From NCBI GenBank assembly GCA_000830275.1, contig CP010424.1, positions 1,140,001 to 1,172,000 of the forward strand: a DNA stretch of 32,000 bases, read 5' to 3'. The first letter of the stretch is position 1, and each line of letters opens with the position of its first letter. The translations under genes and the position numbers were made by a program. The stretch is from an archaeon GW2011_AR10 (GTDB lineage Archaea > Iainarchaeota > Iainarchaeia > Iainarchaeales > GW2011-AR10). The notes beneath the pieces were generated by a model. It saw only the letters and a program-made list of their open reading frames with translations. It ran no database searches and was not told the origin of the DNA. Of this stretch, positions 16,997-23,857 are shown piece by piece.

Positions 16997-17749
16997 ATGC
17001 TTAAACTGGTTTTAGATGACGCTGTTTTCTTCAAGAAAAGCATTGACGCAATATCTGTTCTGATTGATGAAGCTGAATTCATTGCAAGCGATTCAGGCTT
17101 GGAGCTGAAAGCAACCGACCCAAGCCAGATTTCAATGGTTGACTTCAAATTAGAGAAGAAGTCGTTTAAGGAGTTTAACGTGAATGGAGTGACGAGGCTT
17201 GGCCTTGACTTGGATTACTTGAGCCAAGTGATGAGCAGGGCAAAGCCAAAGGACTCGCTGGAGTTAAACGTTTCAGATAAAAGCTCGAAGCTTTCAGTGG
17301 TGTTTTCTGGCGCAGCAAAGAGAACGTTTGAGGTTCCACTAATTGATGTCAGCTCTGCTGAGCTACCTAACCCAAAAATAGATTTTGACGCTGAGCTGAA
17401 GCTGAAGGCTGATGTCCTGCAGGATGGTTTAAAGGATGCAACCCTGATTAGCACCCACATCACGCTTGGAGTTGACGCTGAAAAGTTCTTCATGCGGGCA
17501 AATTCAAGCAAGGGAACTTTAAACAACGAGATTTTGGCCAAAGAAAAGGGTGCTTTGCCGGAGTTGAAGGTGAAGAACGAGGCCAAGTCAATGTTTCCGC
17601 TTGACTATTTGTCTGACATAGTTAAGGGTGCTGCATCTGATTCAGATGTGCTGCTCAAAATGAAGTCAAATGCCCCACTAGAGCTCTCCTATGCAATAGG
17701 GAAAGCCCACATAAGGTATTTTTTGGCTCCTAGAATTGAAAGCGATTAA
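16997..17749 (+). CDS. pcn: DNA polymerase sliding clamp PCNA, paralog 1
   Basis: The 250-aa protein has FKKSIDAISVLIDEAEFIASDSGLELKATDPSQISMVDFKL...FEVPLIDV...LELSYAIGKAHIRYFLAPRIE, a typical archaeal PCNA layout with an acidic C-terminus. Confidence 0.9.
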   Translation: MLKLVLDDAVFFKKSIDAISVLIDEAEFIASDSGLELKATDPSQISMVDFKLEKKSFKEFNVNGVTRLGLDLDYLSQVMSRAKPKDSLELNVSDKSSKLSVVFSGAAKRTFEVPLIDVSSAELPNPKIDFDAELKLKADVLQDGLKDATLISTHITLGVDAEKFFMRANSSKGTLNNEILAKEKGALPELKVKNEAKSMFPLDYLSDIVKGAASDSDVLLKMKSNAPLELSYAIGKAHIRYFLAPRIESD

Positions 17750-17752
17750 GCC

Positions 17753-17840
17753 ATAGCAAACAGCTTATTTTTTGAACTTTTTATTTCTGTTTGCTAGATG
17801 CAAAACGCAATTTCAATGCTCAATTACTTAAGCGTTTTGC
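17753..17840. repeat. copy A of an ~88-bp long-range inverted repeat containing two 9-bp-stem hairpins
   Basis: Its reverse complement aligns to 31429-31516 at roughly 90% identity (about 8 mismatches or indels by hand alignment). The hairpins are AGCAAACAG-N23-CTGTTTGCT (17755-17795) and GCAAAACGC-N23-GCGTTTTGC (17800-17840). The second includes the rpiB stop codon and its last 5 codons. Confidence 0.85.
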
Positions 17841-18276
17841 CATGGATTGCGTCAATTTTTTTTACGCGCCTGCGGTGCCTTTCCTCTAAGCTAAAATCCG
17901 TGCCCAGAAAGGAGTCAACCATTTCCAGTGCTTCCTTTTCCTTGCTTACTCTTGCTCCCAGCGATAAAACATTTGCGTTGTTGTGCTCCCTCGCCATCCT
18001 TGCCATGTACTCGTTTGTTGCCAGAGCAGCCCGAATTCCTTTGACCTTGTTGGCTGCCATTGCAGTGCCAATGCCTGTTCCACACACAACAATGCCAATG
18101 CTTTTAGGGCTTTTAGCCACTTTTTCAGCCACTTTAACCGCGAAATCAGGGTAATCGCAGCTTTTCTCGCTGTCAGTGCCCTCATCCACGACCTCAAACC
18201 CTTTTCTTTTGAGGTGTTCTTTGATTTTTTCTTTCAGCCTGAAACCGGCGTGGTCTGCTCCAACGATGACGCGCAT
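17824..18276 (-). CDS. rpiB: ribose-5-phosphate isomerase B (RpiB/LacAB family)
   Basis: MRVIVGADHAGFRLKEKIKEHL...GIVVCGTGIGTAMAANKVKGIRAAL...AREHNNANVLSLGARV is the canonical RpiB sequence pattern, including the catalytic Cys in CGTGIG. Confidence 0.9.
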   Translation of the reverse strand: MRVIVGADHAGFRLKEKIKEHLKRKGFEVVDEGTDSEKSCDYPDFAVKVAEKVAKSPKSIGIVVCGTGIGTAMAANKVKGIRAALATNEYMARMAREHNNANVLSLGARVSKEKEALEMVDSFLGTDFSLEERHRRRVKKIDAIHGKTLK

Positions 18277-18351
18277 TCTTTCAACTGATTAATTTTTTAC
18301 TGGAAAACAATTTAAACAAATACATACATTCAATGTTTACGGGTGGGCTAA

Positions 18352-19074
18352 TTGATTGAACTGAAGAACACTTCCCCTTTAAGGAAGAGCATTGACGCCA
18401 TTTCAGCATTCATTTCAGAGGGAAACTTTCGCTTCAACGAGCAGGGCATTCACTTCAAGGCAATTGACCCGAGCCAGATTCTCCTCGTGAACCTTTTTAT
18501 GGACAAGAAGCACTTTGACTCTTTCAGCGTTGAGCCGACATTTGTCGGGGTTGATTTAGTGGAATTAAGCAAAATCATGGCTAGGAGCCTTCCAACCGAC
18601 AAGCTGAGAATAGATTTAACTGACTCTGAAATGAAGGTGAAGCTTGAAGGAGACTTCCACAGGAGCTTCAAGCTCCCATTAATTGATGTGAGCGAGGACG
18701 AAATAAACCTTCCAAGTAAAACCTATGATGCCTCTATTGAAATCAGCGCGCGCATAATGAAGGAAGCCTTGAAGGATGCTTCCTTGTTTGGTTCAAGCGT
18801 TATATTCAAAGTAAAAGGCAGCCAGTTTTTTGTTGAGGCGCGCGGCAGCCAAGGAACCCTGGATGCGGTTTCAAAGGAAACGAAGGGAATAAAAGTGAAG
18901 GCTTCAAAGGACGTAACTGCAAAATTTTCTCTTAACTTCCTGCAGAACATCATAAAAGAAGCAGACGCAGAGGAAAAAATTTTGCTTGAGCTGAAGACTG
19001 ACGCGCCAATGAAAGTTTCTTACAACATCGGCAAAAACAGGATTGAATTCTTTTTAGCCCACATGCTCCTATAA
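18352..19074 (+). CDS. DNA polymerase sliding clamp PCNA, paralog 2 (divergent)
   Basis: RKSIDAISAFISEGNFRFNEQGIHFKAIDPSQILLVNLFM...FKLPLIDV...MKVSYNIGKNRIEFFLAHM is collinear with paralog 1 at roughly one-third identity by eye. It has a TTG start and lacks the acidic C-terminal tail. Confidence 0.8.
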   Translation: MIELKNTSPLRKSIDAISAFISEGNFRFNEQGIHFKAIDPSQILLVNLFMDKKHFDSFSVEPTFVGVDLVELSKIMARSLPTDKLRIDLTDSEMKVKLEGDFHRSFKLPLIDVSEDEINLPSKTYDASIEISARIMKEALKDASLFGSSVIFKVKGSQFFVEARGSQGTLDAVSKETKGIKVKASKDVTAKFSLNFLQNIIKEADAEEKILLELKTDAPMKVSYNIGKNRIEFFLAHMLL

Positions 19075-19278
19075 ACGGAGAGGTCCGTTTACGACCTATA
19101 TGTGTGCCATCTTCGATGGCACGGTAATTTTGCTCCGTTCGGCTGAAACCTCAGCCGGCAAGGTGTGGAATACTCGTTTCACTCGTATTCCACTGGCTCG
19201 CTTCGCTCGCAAAACGGAGAGGTCCGTTTACGACCTATATGTGTGCCATCTTCGATGGCACGGTAATTTTGCTCCGTT
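19073..19278. repeat. two perfect 67-bp direct repeats (19073-19139 and 19212-19278) separated by a 72-bp hairpin-rich spacer
   Basis: AAACGGAGAGGTCCGTTTACGACCTATATGTGTGCCATCTTCGATGGCACGGTAATTTTGCTCCGTT occurs twice with no mismatch. Each copy contains the 8-3-8 palindrome GTGCCATC-TTC-GATGGCAC. Confidence 0.9.
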
Positions 19279-19299
19279 TACGAGGTGCGGCATCTTCGA

Positions 19300-19356
19300 T
19301 AACTGTTAAGGGATACGATTTTTAACTGTCAAGGAATACAATCTTAACTGTCAAGG
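19300..19356 (+). repeat. three tandem 22-23-bp repeats ending 15 nt upstream of the priL start
   Basis: TAACTGTTAAGG at 19300, TAACTGTCAAGG at 19323 and TAACTGTCAAGG at 19345, with related spacers (GATACGATTTT / AATACAATCT). Confidence 0.8.
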
Positions 19357-19370
19357 CAGGGGTTGTTGAA

Positions 19371-20405
19371 GTGTTTTCAGTGGAAGAACTTAGATTCGCG
19401 CAGAAGTACCCCTTTTCTTCAACTGCAAAAAGGGTTGTAAGGCAATCCAACCTTTCACTGGGAGAACTTCCAGTGGAAGTAATTGAAAGAGCGGAGGTGC
19501 TGGTGCGCAATGCACTCCAAGGCATTGAATATAAAGCCAACGTTGTTTCCTCCCAGGGATTACTATTAAACGAAGTGCTTGCATTTCCAGTTGCAAAAAT
19601 TATTGTTTCATGTATTGGAAAAGATGAAGCGATAAGAAAGTTTTCTGTGCTGATTGCTGCCAATACTTTGAGGCACTTGGAGGCAGAGCAACCTGAAACG
19701 CTTTTTGCGATTGCAGCTGACCTAAGCATAAGATTTGATCTCTCTGAAGGGGGGCAGGAGTTTGCAAGGGTTGTTCTCCCTGATTTTTTGGCAGCTGGAA
19801 CAAAGGACGAGTTCATGAAGCTTGTGAACAAGAAAGTCGAAAAAGGAAAGGTTGTTTTGAGCCGTGCATCATTTGAAAAATTTTTGTCCTATGCGGTTGA
19901 AAAAAATGTTTTAAGCTCACTTCCAGTGGATGTTACCGGTATTCCAAAAAATTTTGGAGAAATTTCCAGGCGGCTTTATAGTGGAGCAGTAGAGCAGCAG
20001 AAAAAGCAGTTCGAGGGCATTCCATCCGGGAAAGTTAAACCAGAGTTTTTTCCGCCATGCTTTAAAAGGCTCTACAGTGACATATTGGTTGGCAAAAAAC
20101 TCGGCCACATTGAAAGGTTCAACCTTGCAACTTTCCTGCTTGCAGTCGGAATGCCGCAGGAGAGAGTGATTGACTTATACAAGGCCACTCCAAACTTTGA
20201 CGAGAACACAACAAGGTATCATGTGGCGAGGCTGGCTGGCCGTTCAGGCAAACAGTACTCTGCTTCGAGTTGTTCCAAGCTGGCAGAGTACGGCTTAAGG
20301 TTGCCTGACTGCCCCTGCAATGCAAGCACAAAAATAAAGCACCCGCTGCAGGTTTACCGTAAAGCATTTTCCGAGAAAGACTCACCAACCCAAAATGAAG
20401 CCTAG
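19371..20405 (+). CDS. priL: DNA primase large (regulatory) subunit PriL
   Basis: FPPCFKRLYSDI...HIERFNLATFLLAVGMPQERVIDLY...TRYHVARLAG...YSASSCSKL...CPDCPCN is the PriL Fe-S cluster domain pattern (Cys ligands plus the conserved helix). The start is GTG. Confidence 0.85.
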   Translation: MFSVEELRFAQKYPFSSTAKRVVRQSNLSLGELPVEVIERAEVLVRNALQGIEYKANVVSSQGLLLNEVLAFPVAKIIVSCIGKDEAIRKFSVLIAANTLRHLEAEQPETLFAIAADLSIRFDLSEGGQEFARVVLPDFLAAGTKDEFMKLVNKKVEKGKVVLSRASFEKFLSYAVEKNVLSSLPVDVTGIPKNFGEISRRLYSGAVEQQKKQFEGIPSGKVKPEFFPPCFKRLYSDILVGKKLGHIERFNLATFLLAVGMPQERVIDLYKATPNFDENTTRYHVARLAGRSGKQYSASSCSKLAEYGLRLPDCPCNASTKIKHPLQVYRKAFSEKDSPTQNEA

Positions 20406-20498
20406 CTATTTATGGCGGGTTTTTTGCCCGGCTTCATTTTCCGTTGACGGTAAATTGACGTCCATTGGGAAACCTTGCACTTCAGTGTGGGGAGGACG

Positions 20499-23237
20499 TC
20501 ACTTGCTTAATGCTTTTTTGAGGGATAATTCAATGTATGGGACAAGAGCGCTTGCACTGCTCAAACCTAAAACCACCAGCCAGTCAACTGCGTTTAATGG
20601 CACGGTTTTGAGAACGTTAACAGTGCTTGCGTCAATTTCTTGGTTAATTGCCGTTGCAAGGTTAGGCCCGTAAACAACAAGCAACTGTAGTGCAAAGGAA
20701 ACCAGAACCATTTTAACCAAAAACTTGTTGCTGAAAGGGCTCAATTCTAATATGCCTTTGCCTTCCCCCCTGCAGCTGAAAACAAGGAAAAGCTCGAACA
20801 CAACCAGTGTTGTGAAGGCCATTGTTCTGGCCTTGCTTTCAAAATCGAACCCTTCCTTTGATGAGAGCTCTTCAAGGGAAATTCCTGCAAGTTCATCTGA
20901 CTGGAGGCCGTAAAAGAACGCAGCGAAAGTTACAATAGTTGCAATTATTCCTGCAATTACAATGAAGGTCTTTGTTCCATCAAGCACTCCTTCTTTTGTT
21001 GGGCGGGGCTTTTTCTCCATAACCTCTTTTTCTGATTCATCTGTGCCAAGGGCAAGTGCAGGCAAGGCATCAGTTGCAATGTTCAGCCACAGTATCTGCA
21101 ATGGAAGCAAAGGCAGTGCCCGGTTTGCAAGCGTTGCAATAGTTATAACTGCCACCTCCCCAATGTTTGCAGCAAGAAGGTACTTCACGAAGTCCTTGAT
21201 GTTTTTGTAGACCCGTCTGCCCTCCTTCACTGCTATAACGATTGTTGAAAAGTTGTCGTCCTTTAAGATCAAGTCAGAGGCTCCCTTCGTTACATCAGTT
21301 CCCTTAATTCCCATTGCAATGCCGATGTCAGCGCGCTTAAGCGCCGGCGCATCATTCACCCCATCGCCTGTTACCGCTACAATTTCCCCTGATTCCTCTA
21401 ATGCCTCAACTATTCTGAATTTGTGTTCCGGGCTGACTCTGGCAAAAACAGTGTTTTCTTGCACGGCCTTTGTGAATTCTGTTCCATTAAGCCTGTCAAG
21501 TTCCTGGCCTGTAACAACGTTTCCCGCGAGGCCAATTCTTTGCGCAATAGCATATGTGGTTGCAGGGTTGTCCCCAGTAATTATTTTGACTTTAATGCCG
21601 GCCCGCTGTGCCAGTCTTATTGCTTCAGGCACCTCCTTTCTTGGGGGGTCTTTCAGTGCAGCAAATCCCACAAAAACCATGCTGCTTTCAATTTCCTTGT
21701 TTTCATCTTTTTTTAGCTCCTTGAACGCGAAACCAAGAATGCGGTATGCGTCCCCTGCAAGTTTTTCGGATGTTTCAAGGATTTCCTTTTTCCTCTGCGC
21801 TGTAAGGTTTTTGATTTTTCCGTTTTCCTGCACCGAGCCGCTTATTGAAAGGATTACTTCAACAGCTCCCTTCGAGTAAGCAACCCGTTTGCCATTTACC
21901 TCGTGGATGGTTGTCATCATTTTTCTGGCTGAATCAAACTGTATTTCGTTCACGCGCTGCAAATTCCTTGTTATGCCTGCTTTTCTAGCCATCACTGCAA
22001 GTGCGCCCTCTGTGGGGTCACCAACAATTTTGAATGAGGTTCCATCAATTACCAGTGAAGAGTCATTGCATTCAGCTGAAATCTCGAGAAGCTTTTTCAG
22101 CTCCGCTTCCCCTGCTGCAGAAATTTTTTTTCCTTCTGCGATGAACTCTCCTAACGGTTCATACCCCTTGCCAGTGACCTCTACAACCCGGTTGTTTACG
22201 AATAATTTCTCTGCAACCATTTCATTCCTTGTGAGGGTTCCTGTTTTGTCAGAGCATATGACTGTTGTTGAGCCAAGCGCTTCAACTGAATGCATTCTTC
22301 TTACAAGCACGTTTTGTTTTGCCATCTGCAGCACGCCAATGCCAAGTGTTATCGTGATTACAACAGGCAGCCCCTCAGGAATTGCTGCAACCCCCAAGCT
22401 TACTGCCACTTTGAACATTTCGTGTGGGTCATTGCCGTACAGGGTGCCAACAGCAAACAGCACAACAATTATTGCCGAAATTATTTTTACCAAAGTTTTT
22501 GACAGCAGCCTAAGTTTTCGCGTTAGCGGCGTTTCCTCTTCTTCCAGCTCCCTGATCATTCCCGCTATTCGCCCGAACTCTGTTTTCATTCCCGTTGCAG
22601 TCACAATGCCCTTGCCCCTGCCGTGAGTTACAATTGTGTTGGAAAAAGCAGTGTTGAACCTTTCAGCAATGGGTTTCTCTCCAGCAATTGCTTCAGCAAA
22701 CTTTTTTGCCGGCGAGCTTTCACCTGTTAGAACTGCTTCGTCTATTTCTAAGTTTACTGCCTCGATAAGCCTTAAGTCAGCCGGCACCTTGTCACCGGTC
22801 TGCAGCATAACAATGTCTCCGGGCACTATTTCTGCGGCGTCAATTTCATGAATTTTGCTGCCTCTAACCACTGTTGCTTTCAGCGCCGTCATTTTCTTGA
22901 GTGCCTCCAGCGCTTTTTCTGCCTTGAACTCCTGCATGAAGCCAAGAGCTGCGTTAATAACGAGTATCACGAATATTGCAACTGCTTCAAGGACATCTCC
23001 AGTGAGCAAAGAAATTATGCCGGCAATTATCAGCACTACTACAAGCAGCCCCTTGAACTGATTCAGGAAAAGTTTAAGTGCTGAAAACTTTTTTGCTTCC
23101 TCGAGTTTATTCAAGCCAAAGCTCCCGGCTCTTTTTTTTGCTTCCCCCAAGCTTAAACCGTTCTCGCCTGAATTTAAATCGCGCAAAACAGCCTCAAACT
23201 CTTCGTTGTAAAACTTTTTTTCTACGGCCTCAGGCAT
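20499..23237 (-). CDS. cation-transporting P-type ATPase, P2 (Ca2+-ATPase-like)
   Basis: Motifs present: TGESSP, the TM4 motif IPEGLPVVITITL, the phosphorylation site CSDKTGTLTRN, TGDNPATT and VTGDGVNDAPALKRADIGIAMG. The 912-aa protein has about 10 TM helices. Confidence 0.9.
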   Translation of the reverse strand: MPEAVEKKFYNEEFEAVLRDLNSGENGLSLGEAKKRAGSFGLNKLEEAKKFSALKLFLNQFKGLLVVVLIIAGIISLLTGDVLEAVAIFVILVINAALGFMQEFKAEKALEALKKMTALKATVVRGSKIHEIDAAEIVPGDIVMLQTGDKVPADLRLIEAVNLEIDEAVLTGESSPAKKFAEAIAGEKPIAERFNTAFSNTIVTHGRGKGIVTATGMKTEFGRIAGMIRELEEEETPLTRKLRLLSKTLVKIISAIIVVLFAVGTLYGNDPHEMFKVAVSLGVAAIPEGLPVVITITLGIGVLQMAKQNVLVRRMHSVEALGSTTVICSDKTGTLTRNEMVAEKLFVNNRVVEVTGKGYEPLGEFIAEGKKISAAGEAELKKLLEISAECNDSSLVIDGTSFKIVGDPTEGALAVMARKAGITRNLQRVNEIQFDSARKMMTTIHEVNGKRVAYSKGAVEVILSISGSVQENGKIKNLTAQRKKEILETSEKLAGDAYRILGFAFKELKKDENKEIESSMVFVGFAALKDPPRKEVPEAIRLAQRAGIKVKIITGDNPATTYAIAQRIGLAGNVVTGQELDRLNGTEFTKAVQENTVFARVSPEHKFRIVEALEESGEIVAVTGDGVNDAPALKRADIGIAMGIKGTDVTKGASDLILKDDNFSTIVIAVKEGRRVYKNIKDFVKYLLAANIGEVAVITIATLANRALPLLPLQILWLNIATDALPALALGTDESEKEVMEKKPRPTKEGVLDGTKTFIVIAGIIATIVTFAAFFYGLQSDELAGISLEELSSKEGFDFESKARTMAFTTLVVFELFLVFSCRGEGKGILELSPFSNKFLVKMVLVSFALQLLVVYGPNLATAINQEIDASTVNVLKTVPLNAVDWLVVLGLSSASALVPYIELSLKKALSK

Positions 23238-23403
23238 GTAATTAATTACAGTTCAGGTGTATAAAAACATTTCAATCGCAAAACTTTCGTTAATCGATTA
23301 AAAAATAGAAAATTTTTTGAAATGCAAACGCTTAAATAGTTCCTCGTGCAAAATACTTTTGCAAAAATAATTTTTTTTGTAAAAAATGGTGGGAGGTAAT
23401 GTG

Positions 23404-23466
23404 ATGGCAGCAAAAAAGAAATCATCTTCAAGAAAATCAAGCAGCAGATCTAAATCTAGAAGATAA
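23404..23466 (+). CDS. candidate micro-ORF encoding a 20-aa Lys/Ser/Arg-rich peptide (MAAKKKSSSRKSSSRSKSRR)
   Basis: GGGAGGT (23391-23397) lies 6 nt upstream of the ATG. An in-frame alternative ATG is at 23386. An A/T-rich TATA-like stretch (23364-23385) lies upstream, and a hairpin plus T-tract follows directly downstream. The ORF is too short to judge by composition. Confidence 0.35.
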   Translation: MAAKKKSSSRKSSSRSKSRR

Positions 23467-23483
23467 GCGAATTTTTTGATTTT

Positions 23484-23520
23484 TGGCAGGGTCTTGCACC
23501 CTGTCATTTATCTTTTATTT
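23484..23520 (+). terminator. hairpin plus T-rich tract downstream of the micro-ORF
   Basis: TGGCAGGGT-CTTGC-ACCCTGTCA forms a 9-bp stem including one G-U pair, followed by TTTATCTTTTATTTTC. Confidence 0.4.
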
Positions 23521-23595
23521 TCTATCCTGTTTGTCAAAAACCGTACAATGAATTGAGCGGCATGGTTTTTACCTATAAAACGGTTTTTGACAGTA

Positions 23596-23823
23596 GTAAT
23601 TCCACTCCACTGTTTCCAGCGAAGCTGCGTTTTCGCAAACCTCCTCGTAAAACCTTTGGTTTTGCCGAAGGCAATTTTTCGCAAGCCTCCTTGCAAAACC
23701 TTTGGTTTTGCGAGACCCGCAAAATCTATGATTTTGCTTGGGTTTCCTAAAAGGCTTTATGTGGCCCGCAAAATCTATGATTTTGCTTGGGTTTCTTAAA
23801 AGGTTTTAAAACGGTGGAATTAC
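23596..23823. repeat. MITE-like 228-bp element: 10-bp perfect terminal inverted repeats enclosing two internally duplicated units
   Basis: The terminal inverted repeats (TIRs) are GTAATTCCAC (23596-23605) and GTGGAATTAC (23814-23823). Unit A occurs twice (23630-23665 and 23676-23711, 33/36 identical). Unit B occurs twice (23716-23754 and 23765-23803, 38/39 identical). Unit B also occurs inverted at 7229-7255. Confidence 0.7.
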
Positions 23824-23827
23824 CTGA

Positions 23828-23836
23828 TTTAAAATT
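23828..23836 (+). promoter_or_regulatory. TATA-box candidate for the priS operon
   Basis: ATTTAAAAT is centred 26 nt upstream of the ATG at 23858. Confidence 0.4.
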
Positions 23837-23857
23837 TCTTCCATTAATTAATTTTTA

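Noticed and set aside
19073-19139. A tRNA or tRNA-like gene, suggested by a 7-bp closing stem plus a 5-bp stem with a 7-nt loop.
   Set aside because: There is no D-arm. The anticodon-like loop CGTTTAC lacks U33. The third arm is an 8-bp stem with a 3-nt loop rather than a T-arm with a GTTCRANYC-type loop. The 3' side carries a 9-nt unpaired linker.
19073-19278. A CRISPR array as an explanation for the 67-bp direct repeats.
   Set aside because: There are only two full copies. The 67-bp repeat is about twice the usual CRISPR repeat length, the 72-bp spacer is itself hairpin-rich, and there are no cas genes or leader in the window.
19322-19831. A 169-aa minus-strand ORF opposite priL.
   Set aside because: It is antisense to the motif-supported PriL ORF and runs through the tandem-repeat region. 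No motifs are recognisable.
20962-22626. Long plus-strand ORFs (82, 208 and 245 aa) opposite the P-type ATPase gene.
   Set aside because: They are antisense shadows of a 912-aa gene that carries every P-type ATPase signature. Their translations are Ser/Pro/Ala/Phe-rich with no motifs.
23246-23799. Five 62-70-aa ORFs on both strands across the ATPase/priS spacer.
   Set aside because: They run through tandem and inverted repeats, so their apparent internal similarity (for example ...KIYDFAWVS twice) merely reflects the DNA duplication. They have no start-site context.
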